62,465 bases of DNA from an uncultured Rhodospirillales bacterium (lineage in GTDB: Bacteria > Pseudomonadota > Alphaproteobacteria > Rhodospirillales > CAJXLG01): contig CAJXLG010000001.1 of NCBI GenBank assembly GCA_913055885.1, positions 1 to 62,465 on the forward strand. The letters run 5' to 3'. The notes below the pieces were generated by a model. The model searched no databases. It saw nothing but the letters and a program-made list of their open reading frames with translations, and was not told where the DNA came from. The position numbers and the translations under genes were made by a program. This document shows positions 9,361-19,358 of this stretch, piece after piece (within the stretch, counting starts at the first letter, position 1; every line of letters begins with the position of its first letter).

Positions 9361-10785
9361 TCAGCCGTCGCCCCCCAGGGTCTTCAGGCGGTCGGCCGCC
9401 GCCTTGCCCAGGGCGCTGTCCGGCCCCGCCTTGTCACGCGCCTTTTCCAGGCGCTTGCGGGCCGTGGCCGTGTCGCCCTTCTGTTGGGCCGCCACGCCAC
9501 CCAGAAACAGGGTCTCGGGCGCCGTGCCGCCGCGCGCCAGGGCCGCCGTCACGGCCTTCACCGCCGCCTCGGGCATGGGGGTGTCGCCGCCCTGCCAGCC
9601 GGCCCGGGCCAGGAGCGCCCGGGCGCGCAGGCGGCGCGGCGCCGGCGCCTCGGGTTTCAGGTCCACGAGCCGGCCGAAGGCCTCCACCGCCGTGTCGTAC
9701 CGCCGGCCCATCATGGCGGCGCGGCCCAGGCGCCGCCAGGCGGCGGCGTCCCCGGGGCTCTCCTCGGCCGCCTGGCGCAGCCGCTTGAGCATGGCGTCCA
9801 CCCGCTGGGCCATCTCGGCGGCCTTTTTGTCGATGGCCTTCTCCTGGTCCGCCGATTCCCGGTTTTCGGCGATGATGCGGTCGTAGTCGGGCGTGGCCGG
9901 TTCGATGGCGCCGGGGGTGGTGTCGAGCTGGTCGGCAGCGCGCTTGATGGACTCCTTGACGGTGCCCACCCACGACGCCCCCTCCGGCGCCTTCTGCACG
10001 GTGGCCTTCCACAGGCCGGCCGCGGCCCGCAGGCGGCCGTTCTGGGCCAGACCCATGCCCAGGTAGAAGGGGGCGCGCGGGTCCTCGGCGCCGGCCTTCA
10101 TGGCGCGCGCCAGGGCGACCATGGCGCGCGCCGGCACGCGGCCGTCCCGCCCGCGCACCAGGGCCTCGCCCAGCCCCGCCCAGGCGCGCGGGCCGCCGCC
10201 GGTGCGGTCGATGCGGGACTGCCACGCGGAAGCCGCCTCCTGCCAGCGGCCCATGACGGTGTAGGCGCGCGCCAGCCGGCGCCAGCCCTCCGGATTGTCG
10301 GGGTTCTCTTCCAGGCGCTTGCGCAGGCGCTCCACCATGGCCTGCACGTCCTGGCGCGACATTTCGCCGGACGGACCCTTGGCGGCGGTGCGGCTTTCGC
10401 CGCCGACGTCGCGTTCGGCGTAGGGGTGGTCCCGCATGCCCGGGTTGCCCAGGGCGGCATAGGTGCCGAAGGCGGCCAGGGGGATGATGACGATGAGGAC
10501 CCCGGCGAGGGTGCGGCTGCGGCCCGGGGTGAGGCGCACGGCATCGGCGCTGTCGGCGGCCAGCATGCGGCGCTTGATCTCCGTGCGCGCCGCCTCGGCG
10601 GCATCGGGGCTCATGAGCCCCTCCTGCTCGTCGTTGTCCACCTCGGCGAGCTGGTCGCGGAAGACCTGCATGTCGTAGGCGCGCCGGCCGGTGGTATCGC
10701 CCGCGCCGGCGCCGCGCCACAGGGGCACGCCGATGAGCAGGACGGCGAGCAGGGTGAGGACGGCGGCGGCGATCCACAGGGTCAT
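9361..10785 (-). CDS. ccmI: Cytochrome c biogenesis protein CcmI/CycH (TPR)
   Basis: N-terminal TM, VFRDQLAEVD, EIKRRML, YAALGNP, TPR-like helices; last gene of the ccm operon. Confidence 0.88.
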   Translation of the reverse strand: MTLWIAAAVLTLLAVLLIGVPLWRGAGAGDTTGRRAYDMQVFRDQLAEVDNDEQEGLMSPDAAEAARTEIKRRMLAADSADAVRLTPGRSRTLAGVLIVIIPLAAFGTYAALGNPGMRDHPYAERDVGGESRTAAKGPSGEMSRQDVQAMVERLRKRLEENPDNPEGWRRLARAYTVMGRWQEAASAWQSRIDRTGGGPRAWAGLGEALVRGRDGRVPARAMVALARAMKAGAEDPRAPFYLGMGLAQNGRLRAAAGLWKATVQKAPEGASWVGTVKESIKRAADQLDTTPGAIEPATPDYDRIIAENRESADQEKAIDKKAAEMAQRVDAMLKRLRQAAEESPGDAAAWRRLGRAAMMGRRYDTAVEAFGRLVDLKPEAPAPRRLRARALLARAGWQGGDTPMPEAAVKAVTAALARGGTAPETLFLGGVAAQQKGDTATARKRLEKARDKAGPDSALGKAAADRLKTLGGDG

Positions 10786-11285
10786 GTAGCCTCCCCGCGG
10801 CGGTCGTCGTCGGCCGCCGCATCATCGTCTTCGGCCAGCAGGCGGTCGGCGCGCGCGGCCTCCTCGGCGGACAGGGGCGCGTCCTCGGCGTCGCGCGTGC
10901 GCCGCTGGCGGTAGTACACGAGGACGGCCCCCAGGGCGATGAGCGCCAGCACCGCCGGCCCGCCCCACAGCGCGTAGGTCTTGGGTTTCACGGGCGGGTT
11001 GAGCAGCACATAGTCGCCGTAGCGCGACTGCATGTACTGGATGACCTCCTCGTTGGTGGCGCCCGCCTTGATGCGCTCGCGCACGATCTTGCGCATATCG
11101 GCGGCCAGGTCGGCGTTGGAGTTGGCGATGGCCTGATTCTGGCACACCACGCAGCGCAGCTTCTCGCCCACTTCCTGGGCGCGCTGCTCCAGCCCGGGAT
11201 CGTCCAGCTTCTCGCTGGGCTGGACGGCGGCGGCCGGGGCGGCCAAGAGCGCGCCGGCCACGACGAGGGCGGCGGTCAGCCTCAT
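10782..11285 (-). CDS. ccmH: Cytochrome c biogenesis protein CcmH/CycL
   Basis: LRCVVCQNQ motif, RYGDYVLLNPP. Confidence 0.93.
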   Translation of the reverse strand: MRLTAALVVAGALLAAPAAAVQPSEKLDDPGLEQRAQEVGEKLRCVVCQNQAIANSNADLAADMRKIVRERIKAGATNEEVIQYMQSRYGDYVLLNPPVKPKTYALWGGPAVLALIALGAVLVYYRQRRTRDAEDAPLSAEEAARADRLLAEDDDAAADDDRRGEAT

Positions 11286-11821
11286 GACGTCCTCCGCAGC
11301 TTGCGGATGAGCGGCAGCATGGTGTCCTTCCACACCTTCGGCGTGATGGGCCCGGTGTGTTTGTAGCGGATGCGGCCGTCGGGCCCCACGATGAAGGTCT
11401 CCGGCGCGCCGGTGACGCCGAGGTCGATGGCCACCCTGCTGTCCGGGTCCAGGCCGATGCGGTCGTAGGGGTCGCCATGGCGTGCCAACCAGGCCTTGCC
11501 GGCCTCGGGGTCGTCCTTCCAGTCGATGCCGTGCAACGGAATGTCGTACTCGCGCTGGATGCGCTTGAGCATGGGGTGCTCGGCGACGCAGCTGCGGCAC
11601 CACGAGCCGAAGATGTTCAGAAGACTCACCTGCCCCTTCAGGTCCCCGCTCGACAGCGCCCGGCCGCGTCCGGGCAGGGGGTCCAGGGCGAATTGCGGCA
11701 CCTTGCGGTCGATGAGCTGCGACGGCAGGGTCTCCTTGTCCGGGTCGCCCAGGCGCAGAGCGAAGGCGACCACCAGCCCGGCCAGGATAATGAGGGGCAG
11801 GAGATAGAGGATGCGCCGCAT
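11282..11821 (-). CDS. ccmG: Thiol:disulfide interchange protein CcmG/DsbE
   Basis: SWCRSC, GVTGAPETF, N-terminal membrane anchor. Confidence 0.93.
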   Translation of the reverse strand: MRRILYLLPLIILAGLVVAFALRLGDPDKETLPSQLIDRKVPQFALDPLPGRGRALSSGDLKGQVSLLNIFGSWCRSCVAEHPMLKRIQREYDIPLHGIDWKDDPEAGKAWLARHGDPYDRIGLDPDSRVAIDLGVTGAPETFIVGPDGRIRYKHTGPITPKVWKDTMLPLIRKLRRTS

Positions 11822-13821
11822 CACGCGCCCTCCCCGTCCGTCTGCCGGCGCGCCGTCCGGGCGCGGGCGGGCACGCCCACCCGGTGCCGCCGGTCGCTCA
11901 GCGATACCAGGCCGCCCAGGACCATCACCACGGAGCCGATCCAGATCCACGGCACCAGCGGGTTATAGTACAGCCGGGTGACGAAGCCCTCGCGCTTCTT
12001 GGCCGGATCGCCCACCACGGCGTACAGATCGCCGACCCAGGTGGTGTGGATGGCGGCCTCGGTGGTGGGCATGGAGCGCACCTCGTAGCTGCGCTTGGAG
12101 GGATCCAGGGTGGTGATGGTGGCCCCGTCCGGCCCCTTCACCGTGAAGCTTCCCTGGACCGCCGTGTAGTTGGGGCCCTTCACCTCCCTGGCGCCGTGGA
12201 AGGCGAAGGTGTAGCCGGCGACCGTCTGGCTGTCGCCGGCGGCCATGACCTGGACGCTTTCCACCTTCCACAGGCTGGAGCCCACCATGCCGGCGATGGC
12301 GATGCCCAGGCCCAGGTGCGCCAGGGTCATGCCCCAGGCGGCGCGCGGCATGCCGGGCAGGCGCCGCAGCGCCGTGGCCGGGCCGTGGCGGTAGAAGCCG
12401 GACCGCTCCAGGAGTTCCACCAGGGTGCCCACCACCAGCCAGGCGGCGAGGCCCATGCCGATGGCGGCCACCACGGCGCTGCCTGCCGTGTCGCTGCGCA
12501 GGATGCCCCAGCCGGCGGCGACGCCGGCGGCCAGGGCGGCGGGCACGAGGCGTGCCAGGGCCCGGCCGAGGCGGCCGCGCTTCCAGGCCAGCATGGGCCC
12601 CACGGCCATGGCGAGCACCAGCGGGATCATCAGGATGCCGAAGGTGTAGTTGTAGTAGGGCGGGCCCACGGACACCTTGCCCATGCCCAGCACCTCCACG
12701 ATGAGGGGGAAGAGGGTGCCCAGCAGCACGGTGCCGGTGGCGGCGGCCATCAGGGCATTGTTGAGCAGCAGGCTGCCCTCGCGCGAGACGGGCCGGAACA
12801 GGCCCCCGCCCTTCAGGTGCGGCGCCCGCCAGGCGTAGAGGGCGAACGACACCCCCAGCACGATGGCCAGCAGCCCCAGGATGAAGACGCCGCGCGTGGG
12901 ATCGCTGGCGAAGGCGTGGACGGAGGTGAGCACGCCCGAGCGCACCAGGAAGGTGCCCAGCAGGCTCAGGGCAAAGGTGATGATGGCAAGCAGGATGGTC
13001 CAGCTTTTCAGGGCGTCGCGCTTTTCCACCACGATGGCGGAGTGCAGGAGCGCCGTGCCCGCCAGCCAGGGCAGCAGGGAGGCGTTCTCCACGGGGTCCC
13101 AGAACCACCAGCCGCCCCAGCCGAGCTCGTAATAGGCCCACCAGGCGCCGAGCCCGATGCCCAGCGTCAGGAAGATCCAGGCGGCCAGGGTCCACGGCCG
13201 CACCCAGCGCGCCCAGGCGGCGTCCACCCGGCCCTCGATGAGGGCCGCCACGGCGAAGGAGAAGGCCATGGAGAAGCCCACGTAGCCCAGGTAGAGGAAC
13301 GGCGGGTGGAAGGCCAGCCCCGGGTCCTGGAGGATGGGGTTGAGCCCCTGGCCGTTCACGGGCGGCGGCATGGTGCGGGCGAAGGGGTTGGAGGTGAAGA
13401 GCAGGAAGCCCAGGAAGCCGAAGGCCACCAGCGCCTGGATGGCGAGCGCCCGGGCGCGCAGGGCGGGCGGCAGGTTGTTGCCGAACAGCGCCAGCGCCAG
13501 CCCGAAGACGGCCAGGATGAGCACCCAGAGCAGCAGGGAGCCCTCGTGGTTCCCCCACACGCCGGTGATCTTGTACAGGAGCGGCTTCGCCGTGTGCGAG
13601 TTGTTCACCACGTTCAGCACGGAGAAGTCGGACACCACGTAGGCGTAGGTGAGGGCGGCGAAGGCGGTGCCCACGGCCAGGAACTGGGCCAGGGAGGCGG
13701 CGGGCGCCACGGCCATGAGGCCGGCGTTGCCACGCTGCGCCCCGACCAGGGGCACGACCCCCTGGACCAGGGCCACCACGAAGCCGAGGACGAGGGCGAA
13801 GTGGCCGAATTCGACGATCAT
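11821..13821 (-). CDS. ccmF: Heme lyase CcmF
   Basis: WGNHEGS, HPPFLYLGY, WGGWWFWDPVEN, SVHAFA. Confidence 0.97.
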   Translation of the reverse strand: MIVEFGHFALVLGFVVALVQGVVPLVGAQRGNAGLMAVAPAASLAQFLAVGTAFAALTYAYVVSDFSVLNVVNNSHTAKPLLYKITGVWGNHEGSLLLWVLILAVFGLALALFGNNLPPALRARALAIQALVAFGFLGFLLFTSNPFARTMPPPVNGQGLNPILQDPGLAFHPPFLYLGYVGFSMAFSFAVAALIEGRVDAAWARWVRPWTLAAWIFLTLGIGLGAWWAYYELGWGGWWFWDPVENASLLPWLAGTALLHSAIVVEKRDALKSWTILLAIITFALSLLGTFLVRSGVLTSVHAFASDPTRGVFILGLLAIVLGVSFALYAWRAPHLKGGGLFRPVSREGSLLLNNALMAAATGTVLLGTLFPLIVEVLGMGKVSVGPPYYNYTFGILMIPLVLAMAVGPMLAWKRGRLGRALARLVPAALAAGVAAGWGILRSDTAGSAVVAAIGMGLAAWLVVGTLVELLERSGFYRHGPATALRRLPGMPRAAWGMTLAHLGLGIAIAGMVGSSLWKVESVQVMAAGDSQTVAGYTFAFHGAREVKGPNYTAVQGSFTVKGPDGATITTLDPSKRSYEVRSMPTTEAAIHTTWVGDLYAVVGDPAKKREGFVTRLYYNPLVPWIWIGSVVMVLGGLVSLSDRRHRVGVPARARTARRQTDGEGA

Positions 13822-14291
13822 TTCTTGTTCTTCTGCTCCTGCCAGTGCCCGTCTTCCTTGAGGGTCTCGGCCACCGCCGGCGGCATGTAGTTCTCGTCGT
13901 GCTTGGCGAGCACCTCGTCGGCGATGAAGGTGCCGTCCTTGCGCAGGTGGCCCTCGGCCACCACGCCCTGCCCCTCGCGGAACAGGTCGGGCAGGATGCC
14001 GCTGTAGACGACGGGAACGTCGGTTTTCCTGTCCGTGACGACGAAGCGCACCCTGGCCCCGCCCTTGACCTTTTCGATGCTGTCCTGCTTCACGAGGCCG
14101 CCCAGGCGCAGCCGCTGGTCGGGGGCCGGCGCCTTCCGCTGCATTTTGCTGGGGCCGTAGAAGAACACCAGGTTGTCGTCGAAGGCCGTCAGCACCAGGG
14201 CCGTGGCACCGGCCAGGGCGATGAGCCCCAGGGCCAGGAAGGACAGGCGGCGGCGTTTAAGAAGCTTCGACCGGGACAGAGTCTTCGCCAT
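13818..14291 (-). CDS. ccmE: Heme chaperone CcmE
   Basis: LPDLFREGQGVV, VLAKHDENY. Confidence 0.95.
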   Translation of the reverse strand: MAKTLSRSKLLKRRRLSFLALGLIALAGATALVLTAFDDNLVFFYGPSKMQRKAPAPDQRLRLGGLVKQDSIEKVKGGARVRFVVTDRKTDVPVVYSGILPDLFREGQGVVAEGHLRKDGTFIADEVLAKHDENYMPPAVAETLKEDGHWQEQKNKK

Positions 14292-14487
14292 GGGCGGGGT
14301 CCTCGTCGTTGCGGGCGGGCGCGGCGCGGCGGGCCTGGCGGAGCGTCTGCAGGGTGCGTTCGTTGGCCCGCAGGTCGCGCAGGGTGGCCACCAGGAGGCC
14401 GAGCATGACCACGGCCGTGATGCCGTAGGCGGGCCACACGTAGGCGGCATAGCCCCCCATCCTCAGGAACTCGACAACAGCGTTCAC
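14257..14487 (-). CDS. ccmD: Heme exporter protein CcmD
   Basis: MGGYAAYVWPAYG, single TM; lies between ccmC and ccmE. Confidence 0.9.
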   Translation of the reverse strand: MNAVVEFLRMGGYAAYVWPAYGITAVVMLGLLVATLRDLRANERTLQTLRQARRAAPARNDEDPAHGEDSVPVEAS

Positions 14488-15251
14488 GGCGCGGCCTCCC
14501 CGGTGTTTTCCGTCCCCCGCGTGTCACCCGGGGCCGTGCGGGCCTGGCCGAGCTGCAGGGTGCGGATCTTGGCGGCGGCAATGTCGCTTCGCATGCGCAG
14601 CAGCACAATGACGCCGAAGAAGGTGGTGAAGCCCACGGCCATCAACAAGAGGGGCGCCAGCATGCCGAGGGGCATCGCGGGCGCCGCCATGCGGCTCACG
14701 CTCGCCGACTGGTGGAGGGTGTTCCACCATTCCACGGAGAACTTGATGACGGGGATGTTGACGATCCCCACGAGGGCCAGGACGGCGCCCGCCTTGCTGC
14801 CCCGGTTCACGTCGTCGAACGCGTTGATGAGGGCCATGTAGCCGAGATACAGGAACAAAAGGATGAGCATGGAGGTGAGCCGGGCGTCCCACACCCACCA
14901 GGCGCCCCACATGGGCTTGCCCCACAGGCTGCCGGTGACGAGGCAGACGAAGGTGAAACCGGCACCCGCCGGGGCCGCCGCGCGCGCCGCCAGGTCCGCC
15001 AGGGGATGCTTCCACACCAGGAAGACGGCGGAGGCCACGGCCATGAAGGTGTAGCCGAACATGCCGATCCAGGCGGCGGGCACGTGGACGTACATGATGC
15101 GCGCGCTGTCGCCCTGCTGATAGTCGGGCGGCGCCACGCCCAGCCCCCAGACGAGGCCCGCGGCGAGCAGCACGATCGTGGCCCCGGCCAGCCACGGCAC
15201 GATCCGCCGCGACAGGTCGAGGAAGCGTTTGGGATTGGCGAAGCGGTGCAT
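14484..15251 (-). CDS. ccmC: Heme exporter protein CcmC
   Basis: MYVHVPAAW, WGKPMWGAWWVWDARLT, WWNTLHQ. Confidence 0.96.
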   Translation of the reverse strand: MHRFANPKRFLDLSRRIVPWLAGATIVLLAAGLVWGLGVAPPDYQQGDSARIMYVHVPAAWIGMFGYTFMAVASAVFLVWKHPLADLAARAAAPAGAGFTFVCLVTGSLWGKPMWGAWWVWDARLTSMLILLFLYLGYMALINAFDDVNRGSKAGAVLALVGIVNIPVIKFSVEWWNTLHQSASVSRMAAPAMPLGMLAPLLLMAVGFTTFFGVIVLLRMRSDIAAAKIRTLQLGQARTAPGDTRGTENTGEAAP

Positions 15252-15406
15252 ACGCGTTCCGGCGCCCTCGTGTTTTCCCTTTTGTAACGTGGCGCGGGGC
15301 GTGTTTCCAGCCCCGGGCGGCTTTTTCCTCCTTTCGCATGATTTACAGACGTTTACCGCCCCACCACCGTCTGATACCCCCGTGACGTGCAAGGGGAATA
15401 TTGGGG

Positions 15407-16726
15407 ATGGAGTCCGTGGCGGAAGACGTGCCCGGAAGCGGGCCGGCCTATTGGGAGCACGTGTTCGAGGATGAGTTGATTCCCATGGTGCTCCAGGCCG
15501 GCACGCCGGACCGGCTGCGCCAGTGCCTGCGGGTGGTGGTGGAGGCCCTGTTCCGGCGCGCCGACGATGCCGAACGCCGGCGCGAATTCCTGGACCTGGT
15601 GGAAAAGGCCATCAAGGACCGGGATTCGGCCCAGGCCCAGAAGGACACGGTCGTCCAGATCCTGCGGGCCACCAAGGAAATGCGCAAGGAGCGCGCCCGC
15701 GCCGCCGGGACGGCCAACGGCGAGCGGCGCGCCGAGGCGCCCACCGTGCCGCCGGAGGCGGTTCCGGACGCGGCCCCCGCCGACGGCGAATCGGAAGCGG
15801 CCGGGCCGGCCGGCGAGGCGGCGGCCGACGATGCCGCCCCGGCCCCGTTCGAGACCCAGCTCACGGAGGCCATCGGCGACCACCTGGCGGCGCGCCTGGA
15901 AGCCCTCGCCGCCGATCCGCCCACGGACCGGCGGCCGCCCTTCTTCGTCCACCCCGGCGCCGCCGATGCCCTGCGCCACGAGATCCGCCACCACCTGGGG
16001 CCGGTGATGCTTGCCAACCGCCGGGTCCAGGGCTGGGCCCAGCACGTCAGCGAGGAAGCCCTCGCCGACGGCAGCGTGGCCGCCTATCCGTCCGCGCCGG
16101 GGACGGCGCGCGACCTGTCGGCCCTGTGGACCCGCGCCTGGGAACAACTCGTCGGCGACCTGGACACCCCCCGCAACGACGGCCGGAACACCGGAAAACA
16201 GGCCACCGGCCAGGCCCATCAGCAGAACAACCAAAAGGGCGGCTCCCGCCTCGCCCGGCTCTTCGGCCGCGGCCGCGAAACGGCGCCCGTCGAGGCGCCG
16301 GAAGCCGAGGTGCACCACGATGCGGAGCCGGGCCGCCGCTGCTGGGCGCGTCTGTGTGACGCCAGCCACCCCTGGCTGCCCCTGGAGCGCGAGGACATTG
16401 CCGTCCTCACCGCGCTTTTCGATGCGGACCCGGAACACCTCGCGCGCACCCTGTACGCCGGCGGCCAGATCCTGGGCCAGGAAGGCCGGGGCGAGATCGT
16501 GGAGGGCCGCGCGGCGGCCCACCTGGGTGACCTGGTGGAGCGCAACGCCACCCCCATCGCCGACGTCCTCGTGGCCCACCTCTACGTCCAGCACCGCGAC
16601 ACCTTCCGGGCCCACGACGGCCGCATCCTGACGGGCTTCCTGCGCGGCCTGGGGCGCAAGGCGGAGGCCCGGCGCGAGGCCCTGCCCCGCTTCCACCGCT
16701 GGTTCGGCGACGAACTGCCCACCTGA
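15407..16726 (+). CDS. Hypothetical soluble protein (439 aa)
   Basis: Fills the ccmC-ccmA gap; natural composition, GC3-rich codons; no family recognised. Confidence 0.75.
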   Translation: MESVAEDVPGSGPAYWEHVFEDELIPMVLQAGTPDRLRQCLRVVVEALFRRADDAERRREFLDLVEKAIKDRDSAQAQKDTVVQILRATKEMRKERARAAGTANGERRAEAPTVPPEAVPDAAPADGESEAAGPAGEAAADDAAPAPFETQLTEAIGDHLAARLEALAADPPTDRRPPFFVHPGAADALRHEIRHHLGPVMLANRRVQGWAQHVSEEALADGSVAAYPSAPGTARDLSALWTRAWEQLVGDLDTPRNDGRNTGKQATGQAHQQNNQKGGSRLARLFGRGRETAPVEAPEAEVHHDAEPGRRCWARLCDASHPWLPLEREDIAVLTALFDADPEHLARTLYAGGQILGQEGRGEIVEGRAAAHLGDLVERNATPIADVLVAHLYVQHRDTFRAHDGRILTGFLRGLGRKAEARREALPRFHRWFGDELPT

Positions 16727-16766
16727 AGGCTTTGCCCCGATCCGGGTTTCCGCTAGGCTCGCCGCC

Positions 16767-17450
16767 ATGTCGCTGTTCACCGGTCACGATCTCATCTGCA
16801 TCCGGGGCGAGCGCGTGGTCTTCACGGGCCTCACCTTCACGGTGCGGGCGGGGGATGCCGTGCTCGTCGTGGGCCCCAACGGCTGCGGCAAGTCCAGCTT
16901 CCTGCGCCTGGCCGCCGGCCTGCTGCGGCCCGCGGCGGGCACCCTGGCGTGGGAGGAGGCGGACGTCTGGGCGGACCGCGAGAGCCACCACGCCCGCGTC
17001 CACTACCTGGGGCATCACGACGCCGTGAAGCCCGTGCTCACGGCGCGCGAGAACCTCATGTTCTGGGGCCGCCTCGGGGAGCAGCACGGCACGCCCCTGC
17101 ATCGCCGGGTGGACGACGCCCTGGCGCGCGTGGGGCTGGACCATCTGGCCGACCTGCCGGGCCGCTTTCTGTCGGCGGGACAGAAGCGCCGGCTCAACCT
17201 GGCGCGACTTCTGGTGGTGCCGGCGCCGCTGTGGCTGCTGGATGAGCCCACCACCGCCCTGGACCGCGAGACGGTGGCGGAAGTGGAGGCCATGCTGGCG
17301 GAGCACCGCCGGCACGGGGGCATGGTGATGATCTCCACCCACACGGACCTGCGGCTGACCGATCCCGGCTACCTTCAGGTGGCCGACTTCGCCCCCGCCA
17401 CCCCCGCCGCCGATGTGCTGGGCCTGGAGGCGGAGGACGCGCTCATATGA
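16767..17450 (+). CDS. ccmA: Heme ABC exporter ATP-binding protein CcmA
   Basis: GPNGCGKS, YLGHHDAVKP, LSAGQKRR, WLLDEP. Confidence 0.95.
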   Translation: MSLFTGHDLICIRGERVVFTGLTFTVRAGDAVLVVGPNGCGKSSFLRLAAGLLRPAAGTLAWEEADVWADRESHHARVHYLGHHDAVKPVLTARENLMFWGRLGEQHGTPLHRRVDDALARVGLDHLADLPGRFLSAGQKRRLNLARLLVVPAPLWLLDEPTTALDRETVAEVEAMLAEHRRHGGMVMISTHTDLRLTDPGYLQVADFAPATPAADVLGLEAEDALI

Positions 17451-17460
17451 CGGGGGCGGC

Positions 17461-18141
17461 ATGAACGGCAGCCTGCTGGATGCTTTCGTCGGCATCGTGC
17501 GCCGCGACCTGCGCCTGGCCCTGCGCCAGGGCGCCGACAGCATCATGGTGGTGGCGTTTTTCGTCATCGCGGCAACGCTTTTTCCCTTCGGCGTGGGGCC
17601 GGAGCCCAACCTGCTCGCGCGCATGAGTGCCGGGGTGGTGTGGGTAACGGCGCTGCTCGCCGCCATGCTCTCCCTCGACCGGCTTTTCCAGGCGGACTAC
17701 GAGGACGGCTCGCTGGAGCTGATGGTCCTGGCGCCGCCGCCCCTGATGCTGACGGTGCTGGCCAAGGTGACGGCGCACTGGCTGACGACGGGCCTGCCGC
17801 TGATCGTGGCGGCGCCGGTGCTGGCGCTTCTGCTCAACATGGACCCGTCGGGGTTCGGCGTGCTGGTCCTCGGGATGCTCCTGGGCACGCCCGTGCTCAG
17901 CCTGGTGGGCGCCGTCGGGGCGGCGCTGGTCCTGGGGGCGCGGCGCGGCGGGGTGCTGGTGTCGCTTCTCGTTCTGCCGCTCTACATCCCGGTGCTCATC
18001 TTCGGCGTGGGCGCCGTGGACGCCGCCGTCACCAACCTGGCCGTGAAGCCCCACCTGATGCTCCTGGGGGCCCTGCTCCTGGCGGCGCTGGTGCTGGCCC
18101 CCCTGGCCGCGGCGGCGGCGGTGCGCCAGGCGGTGGAGTAG
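17461..18141 (+). CDS. ccmB: Heme exporter permease CcmB
   Basis: LFPFGVGPEP, DYEDGSLE, LPLYIPVLIFG. Confidence 0.95.
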   Translation: MNGSLLDAFVGIVRRDLRLALRQGADSIMVVAFFVIAATLFPFGVGPEPNLLARMSAGVVWVTALLAAMLSLDRLFQADYEDGSLELMVLAPPPLMLTVLAKVTAHWLTTGLPLIVAAPVLALLLNMDPSGFGVLVLGMLLGTPVLSLVGAVGAALVLGARRGGVLVSLLVLPLYIPVLIFGVGAVDAAVTNLAVKPHLMLLGALLLAALVLAPLAAAAAVRQAVE

Positions 18142-18155
18142 GCGGGGCCGCGCCT

Positions 18156-19259
18156 CTACCCGTCCTCCAGATGGAACAGGGTCGCCGCCGCCAGCATGGC
18201 GGTGACGGCGGGCGTGGACCAGGCGGCCAGCCACACGGGCAGGGTGGCGGAGAGGCCCAGGGCCTCGACGATCTGGGAGAAGAAGTACACCACGAAGCCG
18301 GCGGTGATGCCGCCCACGGTACGCCACAGCAGGCCGCCGCGCCGCGCCGAGAGCCCCACGAAGAAGATCGCCCCCACCACCGTCATGGCGCACAGCAGAA
18401 AGGGGGAGGCGATGAGCCGCTGCAGATGCAGGCGGTGGCGGTGGGCGGAGAACCCGGCCTCCTCGAAAAAGCGGATGAAGCCGGGCAGGTCCCAGAAGGA
18501 TACGGTGGCGGGCGAGGCGTAATTCTCCTGGATGCGTGACAGGGTGAGGGAGGTGCTGAGCCGCATGCTGTCGCGCTTTTGCGCCGGCGTGCCCGGGGCA
18601 TATTCCGTCACGCCCTGCAGACGGATGGTGCCGTCGTGCAGCCGGCCGCGTTTCGCCTCGATGCGCTTGCGGAACCGGTTGTCACCGTTGAGCAGGAAGA
18701 TGGAAGCATGCCGCAACTGAAGCTGCATGTCCTCCTGCCACACGTCGCCGGCGTGGATCACCGCCCGGCCGCCGCGATGGTCCTCGCGCAGCCACAGGCC
18801 CCCGCCCGTCAGGCTCATGGGGCCGCTGCCGGCGGTGAGTTCGGCGTTCTCCAGGCGTTCGTAGCGGCTGTAGGTGGCGGCGGCGAAGGGGTTGAAGACG
18901 GTGACGTTGAACACGCCGAGCGCCAGCACCACCAGGACAACGGGCGCCAGCACCTGCCAGATGGAAATGCCGCAGGCGCGCATCACCGTGAGCTCGTGGT
19001 GGCGGGTGAGACGCCAGAAGGTGAACATGGCGCCGATCATCACGATGAACGGCAGCACCTTGTGCACCATGTTGGGCAGCTTCAGAAGCGCCGCCTGCAG
19101 CACGACGCCCAGGGTGGCGTCCGGCTTGGAGGCCGAGCGGCGCAACAGCTCGATGGTGTCGAACAGCAGGATCAGCGCCATGATGATAACGAGCGTGGCA
19201 AGAAGCACGCCCAGGAACTGGCGGCCGATGTAGAGGGACAGACGCGGTGAAAGGGGCAT
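18156..19259 (-). CDS. lptG: LPS export ABC transporter permease LptG
   Basis: YIGRQF start, ELTVMRACGISIWQ, periplasmic beta domain, LAAW..P and terminal EDG. Confidence 0.85.
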   Translation of the reverse strand: MPLSPRLSLYIGRQFLGVLLATLVIIMALILLFDTIELLRRSASKPDATLGVVLQAALLKLPNMVHKVLPFIVMIGAMFTFWRLTRHHELTVMRACGISIWQVLAPVVLVVLALGVFNVTVFNPFAAATYSRYERLENAELTAGSGPMSLTGGGLWLREDHRGGRAVIHAGDVWQEDMQLQLRHASIFLLNGDNRFRKRIEAKRGRLHDGTIRLQGVTEYAPGTPAQKRDSMRLSTSLTLSRIQENYASPATVSFWDLPGFIRFFEEAGFSAHRHRLHLQRLIASPFLLCAMTVVGAIFFVGLSARRGGLLWRTVGGITAGFVVYFFSQIVEALGLSATLPVWLAAWSTPAVTAMLAAATLFHLEDG

Positions 19260-19358
19260 GGGGCCGTCGGCTTGCTTGCGGGAGACCGCGTTGACCCGTT
19301 ATCTGTTGCACGGCTTGCCGTGGCTTGGCAAGCGGCCCGCCAACGATGGAGGGACACC

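Noticed and set aside
9361..15251. ccmCDEFGHI order as a novelty
   Set aside because: Standard system I components with intact motifs
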